Part shown: positions 42,990 to 52,435 of the stretch, in pieces | Numbering within the stretch: position 1 is the stretch's first letter | How the letters are laid out: each line of letters starts with the position of its first letter | NCBI GenBank assembly: GCA_964013535.1 | Contig: CAXGWS010000008.1 | Coordinates: 4,922 to 68,921 of the forward strand | Source of the DNA: an uncultured Candidatus Poseidoniales archaeon | GTDB lineage: Archaea > Thermoplasmatota > Poseidoniia > Poseidoniales > Poseidoniaceae | Direction of reading: 5' to 3' | DNA: 64,000 nucleotides | Notes under the pieces: model-generated | Told to the model about the DNA's origin: nothing | Database searches by the model: none | What the model saw: only the letters and a program-made list of their open reading frames with translations | Program-made: the position numbers and the translations under genes

Positions 42990-43430
42990 ATGGTTATGTC
43001 AGGTAGCCCGGACGACCCGCGCGACAATGTGGGGGCAGAAGGTGAAGTATTGGACTGGTCTTACCAGAACAAAGCTGGAGTCCTACTGCGTAAAGGTCGA
43101 CACTCAGGGTCTAATTTTAAGCGAGCGATATTAGATGGAGCAGATTTAACAGAAGGAGATTTCTCGAATTGTAACTTTCACAGAGCGTCAATGGTTGAGG
43201 CAGATTTGATGAAATCTGCATTTGATAATGCTGATTTTAGAGGCGCTGATTTGCGTAAGGCAAGACTTAACCTATCCAATTTCAATAACTGTAAATTCGC
43301 TGGTGCTGACCTTAGAGGCATTAGAGGTAAGTACGCTATTTGGCGAGGTAGTGATTGGTGGAATGCGACCATCGATGAGAGTCTCGAGAAAACACTGAAG
43401 AAGAAATGGCCAAAACCTGATGACAGTTAG
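42990..43430 (+). CDS. pentapeptide-repeat protein
   Basis: It has consecutive A(D/N)LxG-type pentads: ADLTEGDFSNCNFHRASMVEADLMKSAFDNADFRGADLRKARLNLSNFNNCKFAGADLRG. Confidence 0.8.
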   Translation: MVMSGSPDDPRDNVGAEGEVLDWSYQNKAGVLLRKGRHSGSNFKRAILDGADLTEGDFSNCNFHRASMVEADLMKSAFDNADFRGADLRKARLNLSNFNNCKFAGADLRGIRGKYAIWRGSDWWNATIDESLEKTLKKKWPKPDDS

Positions 43431-43434
43431 ATTA

Positions 43435-44064
43435 CTATTCACTTTCTTCATCAGCAACAAGATCAGGTTCTTGAACATCGTTGTTTACATTATCAAGCGC
43501 TGCTTTAGCACGTGCGTTGATGAGTGGTAAAGCGGAAAAAGCACCACACAAGAACATGCAAGTGCCACACAGATATGTGAATATCTCGTAAGTCAATAAT
43601 AGTGCTCCGCTGAGGTTATCATCAGATGCAACCCGAATTAAGTGGCTGCCGTACAATCCAGAAACAAAACCAATACCTGCACCCAATGTTGCCACCTTCG
43701 GCCCCGAACTGAGTAATCTAAACAGGTTAACTGAACCAAATAAAACCAAAGTACCCGATACAAATAGCCCAACTGACCTAATCAAATATCCACCTGAATC
43801 TCTTGCATCATCGTGAAATTGTTGATATTCTTCTGGAGTTATCGGCGTATCTGATTGAGAATTTGGCGTCTCAAGGAGCCTCTCGACCTCACTATCGGGA
43901 ATATCCTCTAAGCCATGAGTGGTATAATCAGTATAAGCCTGAAAAAGAATCAATAGAGCACCCATGAAAATAAGCACTGCTATCGTTTTAGGACCCCTGC
44001 GGTCTGGTTTTATTGGGATTTCACCCCATACATCTGATGGTACTGATGCCTCATCATCATCCAT
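43435..44064 (-). CDS. membrane protein (acidic N-terminus, 4 TM helices)
   Basis: The ATG at 44064 (MDDDEASV) removes the overlap with the thioesterase gene. Confidence 0.5.
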   Translation of the reverse strand: MDDDEASVPSDVWGEIPIKPDRRGPKTIAVLIFMGALLILFQAYTDYTTHGLEDIPDSEVERLLETPNSQSDTPITPEEYQQFHDDARDSGGYLIRSVGLFVSGTLVLFGSVNLFRLLSSGPKVATLGAGIGFVSGLYGSHLIRVASDDNLSGALLLTYEIFTYLCGTCMFLCGAFSALPLINARAKAALDNVNNDVQEPDLVADEESE

Positions 44065-44107
44065 AATTATTGAAAAATCAAACTTTTTCTCGCCCAATAT
44101 ACTCACC

Positions 44108-44518
44108 TCACAATAAATGGTTCTCAAGCCCTTCAGCCAACCATGCAGGTATTTCTGTTGATTCTAATGAATCCATATTAACGCAGACCGTGACTTGAGT
44201 CGAGGACCACAGATGATCATCGGTTTGGTTGTAAAAATCATATTGCCAAGTGCACGATTTAGTTCCAATTTTGGCAATCGAGATTCTAGCAGTTACGGTG
44301 TCGCCATATCGAAGCGGATGTAAGAAATTGGTTTCGATATTAACTACTGGAAAACCTAATCTGTATTCATCAATTATTTTGGGATAGGATACATCACACA
44401 TTAACTCCCAGGCCTCCTCAAAAAAACGATGTGCTAAATCGTATATCCTTGGATAGTAGGCTATGTTTGCATTATCTATCATTGGATAGTCAACTCGTCT
44501 CTTGAGAGTAACGGCCAT
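44108..44518 (-). CDS. hotdog-fold acyl-CoA thioesterase (4HBT/YbgC-like)
   Basis: It has YPMIDNANIAYYPRIYDLAHRFFEEAW and is about 136 aa. Confidence 0.7.
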   Translation of the reverse strand: MAVTLKRRVDYPMIDNANIAYYPRIYDLAHRFFEEAWELMCDVSYPKIIDEYRLGFPVVNIETNFLHPLRYGDTVTARISIAKIGTKSCTWQYDFYNQTDDHLWSSTQVTVCVNMDSLESTEIPAWLAEGLENHLL

Positions 44519-44581
44519 ATCAATTCCACACGATGCGTAATGATGAATCCTTGTATCAAGGGCATTGACAACCCGTTGCGC

Positions 44582-44588
44582 TTATATT
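44582..44588 (+). promoter_or_regulatory. TATA box (TTATATT) for tRNA-Arg(GCG)
   Basis: It ends 25 nt upstream of the mature tRNA 5' end at 44613. Confidence 0.45.
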
Positions 44589-44612
44589 GAGTATTTGGGT
44601 CGGGTTGAATAC

Positions 44613-44689
44613 GGCCCCATAGTGTAGCTTGGATATCACACTGGTTTGCGGAACCAGTAACCCGTGTTCGAATCGCGGCGGGGCCGCCA
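44613..44689 (+). tRNA. tRNA-Arg (anticodon GCG), CCA encoded
   Basis: The acceptor is GGCCCCA/CGGGGCC with a 7:66 mismatch. The anticodon stem is CTGGT/ACCAG with loop TTGCGGA. The T arm is CCGTG-TTCGAAT-CGCGG and the 3' end is GCCA. Confidence 0.85.
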
Positions 44690-44740
44690 TTTATCTTCGC
44701 AATAGATTTTCATCAACACAAAGATGCCTTGATAGTTGCA

Positions 44741-45409
44741 TTATGGTAATTTCCAAGTGACCTGTTTCCAACCATGTTGTTCTGAGTGTTTCTTTAGTGC
44801 ACCTTCTGCATTGACCGAAACCGGATTACCGCACAAGCGCATGAACCATGAATCTGCATGGGTATTACCATAGCCATAGCATTGAGATAAATCGTGACCG
44901 TTTTCTTTAGCATCTTGTTGTACTACCGGCACTTTCCCCTTTCGGCGAGGTACGCTCCAGCCGCGTTCAGAGCCGGATAATATGCCTTGACGTTCAGCTG
45001 GGCCACAACCGTAGACTGCATCCATTCCAAGAACATCAGCCATCGCTTCCGCCATCGGAGCGATTGTTGCGGTGACCAACACTAAACGATGTCCTTGACT
45101 TCGGTGCCAATCAAGACATTGCTTAGCATCACTCGGGATTTTATCAGCGAGTTTCTGTACAGCCAACTGTGAGGCATAATTCTCGAGTACCCTCCATGAT
45201 GCTAAGGCAAAGTGACCTCGATTCCTCGCAGCGTCATAGAAAGAACGTCCACGCAACAGATTGCCAACTAAACCGAGTGTCCACATCAGTGTCCCCACTG
45301 GTATGCGCCAAGGACGGCGTTTTGCTAACTCAGCGGTCAGGGTCTTCTCACTGGACGAATCCAACAATGTCCCGTCTAAGTCGAAATAAGCTGCGACTTT
45401 TCCAGCCAT
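44741..45409 (-). CDS. HAD-superfamily hydrolase, subfamily IB (SerB-like)
   Basis: Motif I is YFDLDGTLLDS, motif II is LVTAT, and motif IV is the degenerate YGNTHADSWF. Confidence 0.7.
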   Translation of the reverse strand: MAGKVAAYFDLDGTLLDSSSEKTLTAELAKRRPWRIPVGTLMWTLGLVGNLLRGRSFYDAARNRGHFALASWRVLENYASQLAVQKLADKIPSDAKQCLDWHRSQGHRLVLVTATIAPMAEAMADVLGMDAVYGCGPAERQGILSGSERGWSVPRRKGKVPVVQQDAKENGHDLSQCYGYGNTHADSWFMRLCGNPVSVNAEGALKKHSEQHGWKQVTWKLP

Positions 45410-45458
45410 GATTACCCCCTCAAATCAATCATACATGAGTGAAACGGCGAAATTGATG

Positions 45459-45743
45459 TTAGAAGCCCTTTTTCTCAAGTTTTGACTTGTCGCCATATAC
45501 TCTTCTACCAGCCTTATGATCTTGCCACCAAGTCAATTTCTCGGCTAAATTTCGCGAAATGAAGAAACCAACTTTCCGAGGAGTGAGGCCATGATTGCGC
45601 ATGGCTCTATCATGGGAAAGATTAGCCACGATTGACTGTGCTGAACAGCCGTGGTTAGCCATAACAAAGCGTGTAATCTCTTGCTTTAATCGTTCAAATC
45701 TCGCCTTTTTTTGAGTTCCTACACCCCGTTTTTGATGTTTCAT
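45459..45743 (-). CDS. small basic hypothetical protein
   Basis: It is a 94-aa Lys/Arg-rich ORF with no competing frame. No motif is recognised. Confidence 0.4.
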   Translation of the reverse strand: MKHQKRGVGTQKKARFERLKQEITRFVMANHGCSAQSIVANLSHDRAMRNHGLTPRKVGFFISRNLAEKLTWWQDHKAGRRVYGDKSKLEKKGF

Positions 45744-45804
45744 GAACGATTAAAACAAAGTTAACCCATATCAAAGAAACGGTGGTTATCCCATCGAAAA
45801 TCGA

Positions 45805-46158
45805 TTATGAAAAGTCGACCGATTGGGTGGTCTTCCAGTTAGCAGTTGCAAGTTTTTTCGCCTTGCCATCAGCAATAATTGGGTTAATTGTTGCAAGGCT
45901 ACCGTGCATTCCATGAACTTGAAATTTGACCCTTAATTCAGCGACACGATCGCGCTGCAGTACTTCTAATTCTTCGTCAGATAATTCGACTGTAGCGAGT
46001 TGGTTGCCACTAATTTTGTCAGATATTTGGAATTCATTACCTGAGCACGAAAGAGAGGGTCTGAAGTCCCAGTCATCCGGGTGATTCATCCACACAGAAA
46101 CGTCTACTGAGAGGCTGTCTCGGATATTAACCCGACTAATCTCGACCGTATCAACCAT
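45805..46158 (-). CDS. hypothetical protein
   Basis: It is an ORF of about 117 aa. The ATG at 46158 is preferred over the TTG at 46167. Confidence 0.4.
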   Translation of the reverse strand: MVDTVEISRVNIRDSLSVDVSVWMNHPDDWDFRPSLSCSGNEFQISDKISGNQLATVELSDEELEVLQRDRVAELRVKFQVHGMHGSLATINPIIADGKAKKLATANWKTTQSVDFS

Positions 46159-46214
46159 GGTGTTCAAACTACCCGAATGAATAGATGTAGATTAGTGTTT
46201 CATTAGCGAGTAAT

Positions 46215-47420
46215 TTATACTGCAATCTCTGTAAGTACGGGAACTTGTAATTCGATTATTACTTCTAACGTCCAATCATTACCTGGGTCAGGGTCTGGTA
46301 AGCCCTCAAACAATGGGTCAGGGTCTGCCTGCTGAGCAAAAATTGTCCAAGTCCAATCACCTTGACCATTGCGGAAACCGGGCTTATCCAACAACTGTTG
46401 TAGAACATCTTCTGCAAAATCAGCAGTGTATGTACCATCCTCCCCAACTGGATTGATAGCGTACCTATCTAGTTCCGCTTTGGAGGTTTCATTTGCAGTT
46501 ATGTTGCCGCCTTCTGTCTTGGCGGATTTACGGTAGCCATCATTGAAAATCTCCAACTGCAAAGTGAAATTATCCTGTGGACCCAATTCTTGATCCAGTT
46601 CTAACACGGCGGAAAATGAAATGATGCGTCCTTCCAAACCAGGTACAATTGTCTCTTCCCAAGAGGTCCCTTGGTCTAGGTAGCCATCCCACTCGAGTAA
46701 TATTCTCTCAGTTCGCCATTCAACTTCGAAGGTTCTCGTCGAAATTTCCAGTTCAAATGATGTATACTGAGCAGCTCCATCACCGTCTGAAATGATTAGT
46801 GAGCCTCTTTTTGTGCCTGATTTATTCGTCGGTAACAAGACTGTTGAGGTTATCGCATCTACATCGTTTCGATTATCGCCATCATTATTCGAATCCTCGG
46901 ACCAATCTAAATCCCAGGAATATTCCAATTGTTTGCCTTCCGGATCAAAACTTCCAGAAGCGTCAAGCAATGCTGATTCTCCAGCCTTGACACTATCGGG
47001 CACGGTCAAATTTAGCACTGGAGCACCATTGACAACAATGCTTGCAGTTATTTCATCTTCACCACCGCCGCTATTTTTCACGGTTAGTGAAACTGTGTAA
47101 ATGCCGAATTTTTCATATGTGTGTGAGGTGAAACCAATTACTGTCTTAGCAGTTTTGCCATCACCAAAGTCCCATTCAAAATCTGTGATAACTCCCTCAA
47201 CTGCTTCGGAATCTCGAGCATCAAGGGTAATCGTTTCACCTTCTTGAATAAATAACGGATATGCTTGTAGTTCGGCGCGAGGGTTTACTGTCGTTTCAAA
47301 ACCAACGCAACCTGATAGTAAAACGGAGAGTAGCATGAGCGCTGACAAAAACACAGATTTTGGTGTTCGTCCGCTCCACATAAAGAGCAGGAAAGACTTC
47401 CCCCTTCTAATAGTATGCAT
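46215..47420 (-). CDS. secreted lipoprotein-like protein with two PKD domains
   Basis: It has a signal sequence with the lipobox-like LLSGC. The PKD motifs are FEWDFGDGKTA...YTVSLTVKNSGG and YSWDLDW. Confidence 0.7.
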   Translation of the reverse strand: MHTIRRGKSFLLFMWSGRTPKSVFLSALMLLSVLLSGCVGFETTVNPRAELQAYPLFIQEGETITLDARDSEAVEGVITDFEWDFGDGKTAKTVIGFTSHTYEKFGIYTVSLTVKNSGGGEDEITASIVVNGAPVLNLTVPDSVKAGESALLDASGSFDPEGKQLEYSWDLDWSEDSNNDGDNRNDVDAITSTVLLPTNKSGTKRGSLIISDGDGAAQYTSFELEISTRTFEVEWRTERILLEWDGYLDQGTSWEETIVPGLEGRIISFSAVLELDQELGPQDNFTLQLEIFNDGYRKSAKTEGGNITANETSKAELDRYAINPVGEDGTYTADFAEDVLQQLLDKPGFRNGQGDWTWTIFAQQADPDPLFEGLPDPDPGNDWTLEVIIELQVPVLTEIAV

Positions 47421-47467
47421 TATCCCTAATGCTATGCATCAAAAAACCGTGTTGTGATGTTGAGCCA

Positions 47468-47836
47468 TTAGAATGTTACTTCCTCGGGCAAATCACCAAT
47501 AATTTCAGCGTTCGCCAAATGTTCTACGATATCATCAAGTGATTCATGATTAACAACATTTACCTCGCTATGGCTTGATAGGGTTTCTTCCTCGACATTT
47601 AATTGGTCGATTTCTACATCACCTACATCATATTCTGAAACTAAAATTGGTTTAGGTGGAGTAATTGGTTCTACACTTTCGCTTGATAACTCATCCATTA
47701 CTTCATCCGAAATTTCACTCGCTAAGGCGAGGAATTGGGCTTTTTCAGCAGCTAATTCTGCCTCCTCTTGCTGGGATTCATCGTTTTCAACAGGGCCTTT
47801 GTCGAACAGATTGCGTAACCTATCCTTGATGCCCAT
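47468..47836 (-). CDS. highly acidic hypothetical protein
   Basis: It is 122 aa and Glu/Asp-rich with no motif. Confidence 0.4.
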   Translation of the reverse strand: MGIKDRLRNLFDKGPVENDESQQEEAELAAEKAQFLALASEISDEVMDELSSESVEPITPPKPILVSEYDVGDVEIDQLNVEEETLSSHSEVNVVNHESLDDIVEHLANAEIIGDLPEEVTF

Positions 47837-47924
47837 GTGAGACCCGAAGCCAACTTAGCGATTGAAATTTTGCCTGCGAGTGGCCATAGTGATGTTCAAT
47901 AGGTAGCGACAGTTGCTGTGAAAT

Positions 47925-48740
47925 ATGGGTCATGAGTTTCTCGCAGGCGAATCTGTCTTGGCGTTTGACCTTGAGACAACTGGAATTTCGACCAATAATG
48001 ACCGAATCGTCCAAATTGCCTTGGTAGGCTCTAACAATGAAGGCGAAGCTGTTCACTATGAAACTCTGATTAATCCACGCCGCCCAATACCGATGGGCGC
48101 AAGCGGAGTCCACGGAATTTTTGATGCTGATGTCAGAGGACTGGATGATTTTTCACACCATGCAGATGAGATTCATCAACTGATTGAAGACGCGGTTATA
48201 GTGGGACACAATGTAAGGAAATTCGACATGCCCCTGCTAGAAAATGAGTTCCGTCGAATCGGCAGACTACCACCCAAACCGAAAGCAATGATGGATACGC
48301 TTGAGATAGTTAGGCGGGTCAAGGTAGGCAGACCACACAACCTCGGAAGCCTTTGTCAGCGACACGGTATTGCTTTGGATAATGCTCACACTGCGGCTGC
48401 TGATGCTGCTGCTTCACTGTTACTGTTCTGGCGATTAACTATGGATCATGCTCTGATGTTTAGAAATTCCTTGGAAGAAATAGAACGCTGGCTAATTCAT
48501 GGAAAATCTGTTACCGATGATTCAAACTTAGGTCGAGGTCTAAATGATTTGGAAATGCTGGATTCGTTGGGCAAGATTCGTATCGATGACGGACACTACA
48601 TTGTTGCATTCGGTCGTCATCGAGGACGACATCTTACCGAAGTTGCAAGATTAGACCCTTCATACATAAATTGGCTTCTCTCACCATCGGGAATTGAGGA
48701 TGAAGTAGCGCGAAATTTGCTTAGAGAATTCCTGTCATGA
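47925..48740 (+). CDS. DEDDh 3'-5' exonuclease (DnaQ/epsilon-like) with C-terminal DUF3820-like module
   Basis: ExoI is AFDLETTG, ExoII is VGHNVRKFDMPLL and ExoIII is HTAAADAAA. The C-terminus reads FGRHRGRHLTEVARLDPSYINWLL. Confidence 0.8.
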   Translation: MGHEFLAGESVLAFDLETTGISTNNDRIVQIALVGSNNEGEAVHYETLINPRRPIPMGASGVHGIFDADVRGLDDFSHHADEIHQLIEDAVIVGHNVRKFDMPLLENEFRRIGRLPPKPKAMMDTLEIVRRVKVGRPHNLGSLCQRHGIALDNAHTAAADAAASLLLFWRLTMDHALMFRNSLEEIERWLIHGKSVTDDSNLGRGLNDLEMLDSLGKIRIDDGHYIVAFGRHRGRHLTEVARLDPSYINWLLSPSGIEDEVARNLLREFLS

Positions 48741-49883
48741 CTCTTTTCTCGTGTACTCTTCGCCATCCGGAATTGGCGACCAAGGTAAGACATCACACCA
48801 ATGCCCAATCCTCCAAGAATGTCTATTAGTCATAGCAGAACCAATGTATATTGGTCCTTGGTGGCCTGAATCTAGTAGCTCCTCAAGAGCATCTTTGCCG
48901 CGATTGTCGAACTTCGCACCTGTCCTAATGCCGGTTGGTAGTACATTTCCCGCCGCATCACGCGGCTCACACAACTCTACGACAGCTGAGCCACTTGATT
49001 CATCATAATTGTGCAACAAGACTACTGCATCGGAAAAATCTCCTTTGTGAAGTGTATTGTTGTCATGACGCCATTGCCACCAATGTGGGCACCACGCTTT
49101 CCAATCACAGAAACCTCCACAACTCTCCTGTCCGATGCTAGGGTCTAGGGGTATTTTGCCAGGAGTCGTTGCCTCCCAAGCAGCATATGCATCTTCAAGC
49201 ACATTATCTCCAATCGCAGACCATTTGGAAGAATCTGCAGTATACCACCCTTCGGTTCTAATTGGAGGGCCGTTTGGATTATTATTTCTCAAAATATCTC
49301 GATATAGTCGCAATTGACGGTTCACTTCTAACTTTAGCTCGTCCTTCGGTGCTTTGCCTGTTTTCAAATCAGCAACTAACCAGCCAACCATTTTACCGCT
49401 TGAATCAACATCAGCCATCAATAAGTCAAGTCGGCCCATTAATTTGCCATCCTTAGTCTTCAATTCACCTTCTACCGCTATCGCCAAAGATTGTATCTTT
49501 CGCCACAAGGCACCAGTGATTTTACTTTGGTTCAAACCAACGATGCCGACGTGATCCAATAGCATTCTCACAGCCCCTTTTTGATGGTTAACCGCTTCTT
49601 TCCACTTATCCTCTTTCCATTGCGGCCGTCTTGGTGTGTTATGGAAAATCGTTTTTTCTTCTTCCCAGCGAATCTTGAGCAAACGCTCGCCTTCTTGTGG
49701 AAGCCAACCATCCTCTGAGTTGCCTATGTGAGAGTAATCCTCTTGCAGCAAATCCTCTACTGAAGCATGAACTGCAGTACCAAGCGAAGCTGCCATTCCC
49801 GCCTTTCTCGGTAGTCTTTGACGGCTTAACCAGTACATTCTTGGACAGGTTTCAAATCGATTCCATGATGATGGTGAAATCAT
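48735..49883 (-). CDS. PD-(D/E)XK nuclease of the Cas4/RecB/AddB type with Fe-S cysteines and a C-terminal extension of about 110 aa
   Basis: It has SPSSWNRFETCPRMYWL, GRLDLL...LVADLKTGK, QLRLY and CGGFCDWKAWC. The ATG at 49883 is preferred over 49982. Confidence 0.7.
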   Translation of the reverse strand: MISPSSWNRFETCPRMYWLSRQRLPRKAGMAASLGTAVHASVEDLLQEDYSHIGNSEDGWLPQEGERLLKIRWEEEKTIFHNTPRRPQWKEDKWKEAVNHQKGAVRMLLDHVGIVGLNQSKITGALWRKIQSLAIAVEGELKTKDGKLMGRLDLLMADVDSSGKMVGWLVADLKTGKAPKDELKLEVNRQLRLYRDILRNNNPNGPPIRTEGWYTADSSKWSAIGDNVLEDAYAAWEATTPGKIPLDPSIGQESCGGFCDWKAWCPHWWQWRHDNNTLHKGDFSDAVVLLHNYDESSGSAVVELCEPRDAAGNVLPTGIRTGAKFDNRGKDALEELLDSGHQGPIYIGSAMTNRHSWRIGHWCDVLPWSPIPDGEEYTRKES

Positions 49884-50003
49884 ATGGGTAACTTCTTGTT
49901 GCCCATCACCTGCCATAAAACGCCTAATACCACAACCATCATCAAACCACCGACCCAACAAGTGATGGAAGTGTTCATACATCGACCAACAATAGGGGCA
50001 ATC

Positions 50004-50804
50004 ATGGAAGGCCCAAGTGTCCGAATAAATGCCGAGGTATCGACGGAAAATGCGCTTGTTGTCGCATGCTTTCCAAGTGTTGGAATGGTTTCAAGCGTTG
50101 TTGCTCACTTTCTAATCGATCACCTAGAATTAGAATTCATTGGCGGGGTAATTGACCCACGCCTCCCAGCATTAACTCTTGTAGACAAAGGCGTTCCGTT
50201 GCCGCCGATTAGAGCCTATGCGGGAAAACCCAAGTGTACCATTGAAGGATGTGACCAAGTTATCCTACTGATGAGTGAATTAGTGGTTCCAGAAGCATTA
50301 GCACACGACATAGTATGGGCGATGTTTGAATGGTCCAAAGAACAAAAAATAGTTGCGGGCGTAGTCATTGATGCATTTGCCAAGCAGGGCATGAAAGGTA
50401 ATCTCAACGGCAGTGAGCCTGTTGTCGACTATGAGGATACCGAAGGTATTGACGTCGTTGGAATTGGCGCTAATGACAAAAGTCGGAAAAGGTTAGAGAA
50501 AATGAATGTACCATTACTCCAACAAGGCGTTATCAAAGGAATCAATGCATCGATTTTAGGTGAAGCACGACGAAGAGGATTGGACTTAATGTCGATAATG
50601 GTAGAGGCTGATCCTCGATTCCCAGATGCAAGAGCCGCAGCAACGTTAATTGAAAATCTCAATAATCTTCTGCCCTCAATCAACCTACCACATCAACCAC
50701 TAATCGAAGAGGCTGAATTCCTCGAATCGCAACTTCAAGCAATGATGGATGGAGCGAATATCGCTAATGAAACCCAGTCTAGCAACTCAATGCTGTACGG
50801 ATGA
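50004..50804 (+). CDS. PAC2-family proteasome assembly chaperone-like protein (paralogue 2)
   Basis: Motifs are LVVACFPSVGMVSSVVAHFLI and FPDARAAATLIENL. The ATG at 50004 is preferred over the track start at 49884. Confidence 0.7.
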   Translation: MEGPSVRINAEVSTENALVVACFPSVGMVSSVVAHFLIDHLELEFIGGVIDPRLPALTLVDKGVPLPPIRAYAGKPKCTIEGCDQVILLMSELVVPEALAHDIVWAMFEWSKEQKIVAGVVIDAFAKQGMKGNLNGSEPVVDYEDTEGIDVVGIGANDKSRKRLEKMNVPLLQQGVIKGINASILGEARRRGLDLMSIMVEADPRFPDARAAATLIENLNNLLPSINLPHQPLIEEAEFLESQLQAMMDGANIANETQSSNSMLYG

Positions 50805-51365
50805 TTGCCCTCTGATACTTATTACTGCCAAGGTTGTCGTTGCTAGACCTATGACTAATACTAATCCTGTAGCCCAAATTGGCATCAGAAACACCGTATC
50901 AAATGGCAGACTTAGCCAATCTAACAAGGATTCATTCCGAGTGAATTTACCACCGGCTGAGGCTGTAATTAGCATGAAACCACTAGCGGCTAATCCAGCT
51001 GATGCATGAGTGATTGAGGATTTCTTACTAGACCAAACTTTGTTGCCAAGACTAAATCGAGCATAAAGTACTGCTACAGCAATACCCGTGGCAATCATCG
51101 ACAGGAACATTTTGTTGACCAGTAATGGTGAAGAAACCCCTGAACCAGGTGATGAGGCAATTCCCGACATAATAGCAAAAGGAGTAGCAAGAAGCCCAAA
51201 TCCAAGGGCAAAATGGCCAGTGTTATCGGTGCTCTGAGAGATTTTTTGATAGTTAAATAAATTGAAATTTTGTAATGCCTGGATTAGAAAACAGACTCCG
51301 GCTAACGCAAATGAACCGACAACAAGTTCGGTGGAGATAACGTGGAATGTTGCCGATGAAATCAC
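50787..51365 (-). CDS. polytopic membrane protein (5-6 TM helices), possibly DUF2231-like
   Basis: The GTG start overlaps the upstream stop (GTGA). His residues sit at helix ends (TFHVIS, TGHFAL, ITHASAG). Confidence 0.5.
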   Translation of the reverse strand: MISSATFHVISTELVVGSFALAGVCFLIQALQNFNLFNYQKISQSTDNTGHFALGFGLLATPFAIMSGIASSPGSGVSSPLLVNKMFLSMIATGIAVAVLYARFSLGNKVWSSKKSSITHASAGLAASGFMLITASAGGKFTRNESLLDWLSLPFDTVFLMPIWATGLVLVIGLATTTLAVISIRGQSSVQH

Positions 51366-52435
51366 TGTAATTCCTCCAAGTATTCATGGCCATACCATTT
51401 CCATTGCTCCATAGTCCATCCTGCTGGCAAACCACCCTCGGGAAGTGGAGGCATCTCAGCAGCGATTTCTGTTGCCAAATCGGTTTTGTCTACACCAAGA
51501 TTGTTCTGCATGATGAGTTCTCGCTCATTGCTAAATCTATTGTGAAGCGTCAAAATCAAACCAACAAAAAACAGTCCCAAGGCAAATGATTGAAGATATA
51601 CTTGTAATTGATCGATTTCAGGTACTGGCTCTTGTGCTGCGATACGAAACCAAGGTGTAATCTGGTCTGGCCCTTCACCCTGCATTATCGCTCGCCATTC
51701 AATAATCGATGGTTGAATAGCAGATGGTAAATCAAATTCCCAGATGTCATCATCGATCTCGGATGCGTTGACAAATACAGATTCGCCATCAACTAAACGC
51801 CATTCTATTGACATTGATTGAACATCTGTTGTCGAAACTGAGATTGTTGAATTAACGCCTATCTCTCTACTTATTGGCGGTGCATAATCACTGGTCAAGC
51901 GGGGCAGATTTTCCGGAATTTCTTGAGGGATGATCTCTAAACCGCTACTAATTCCGAAATAGGGATTATTGTTGCCACCATGATGAATTGAAAGATAGAA
52001 GTTGGTTGGTTGTAGACTCATCGGCTTCAACGTCCAAGATACCGTATATTCGCTAGCTAATGACGATGCTTCTATCTCAATATAGTTGTTCGCTCCACCG
52101 TTTTGATCTGAAATTACTGTCCAGTCCGCATCTTCGGGTAAATCACTGTGTCCAGTAGTATCTGTGAGCAGGAACAAACCAATAGAATCCGAGGAAGAAA
52201 ACTGAACGCCGCTAACCTTGGCAGACACTGATACTGGTAAGCCAATATATGCAGTGCTCTCAATTGTCAATTCAAGTAGAGCCGGTGAGGTTTGATTCTG
52301 CGAGGAATCACCGTGGCATGCTCCACCACACTGCATATCAAAATCTCCGTCACCCACGCCTCCAGGATTTGCCCCTCCAATAGATGTGAAGGACAAGAGA
52401 ATAATCATCACAAATAGCACTGATAGTCTATTCAT
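51362..52435 (-). CDS. anchored ectoprotein with N-terminal C-x3-C-H beta-sandwich-like module and C-terminal TM helix
   Basis: The signal peptide is MNRLSVLFVMIILLSFTSIGGA and the motif is QCGGACHG. The TM helix is FALGLFFVGLILTL. The ATG at 52435 is preferred. Confidence 0.55.
   Translation of the reverse strand: MNRLSVLFVMIILLSFTSIGGANPGGVGDGDFDMQCGGACHGDSSQNQTSPALLELTIESTAYIGLPVSVSAKVSGVQFSSSDSIGLFLLTDTTGHSDLPEDADWTVISDQNGGANNYIEIEASSLASEYTVSWTLKPMSLQPTNFYLSIHHGGNNNPYFGISSGLEIIPQEIPENLPRLTSDYAPPISREIGVNSTISVSTTDVQSMSIEWRLVDGESVFVNASEIDDDIWEFDLPSAIQPSIIEWRAIMQGEGPDQITPWFRIAAQEPVPEIDQLQVYLQSFALGLFFVGLILTLHNRFSNERELIMQNNLGVDKTDLATEIAAEMPPLPEGGLPAGWTMEQWKWYGHEYLEELQ

Noticed and set aside
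44613-50000. Integrated mobile element or provirus at tRNA-Arg(GCG)
   Set aside because: No integrase, capsid, terminase or replication initiator genes were seen by eye, and there is no duplicated tRNA 3' segment. Only a possible variable island can be suggested.
49884-50003. N-terminal extension of PAC2 paralogue 2, and residues 1-33 of the Cas4-like ORF (49884-49982)
   Set aside because: The two extensions overlap each other on opposite strands. The internal ATGs (50004 and 49883) give N-termini matching the family consensus and leave a 120-nt divergent promoter region.
52313-52330. c-type heme attachment site in the ectoproteins (also at 54870-54881)
   Set aside because: The motifs are C-x3-C-H and C-x-C-H, not the canonical C-x-x-C-H. 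No cytochrome c maturation genes are seen. The observation is kept only as a generic Cys/His metal or cofactor motif.
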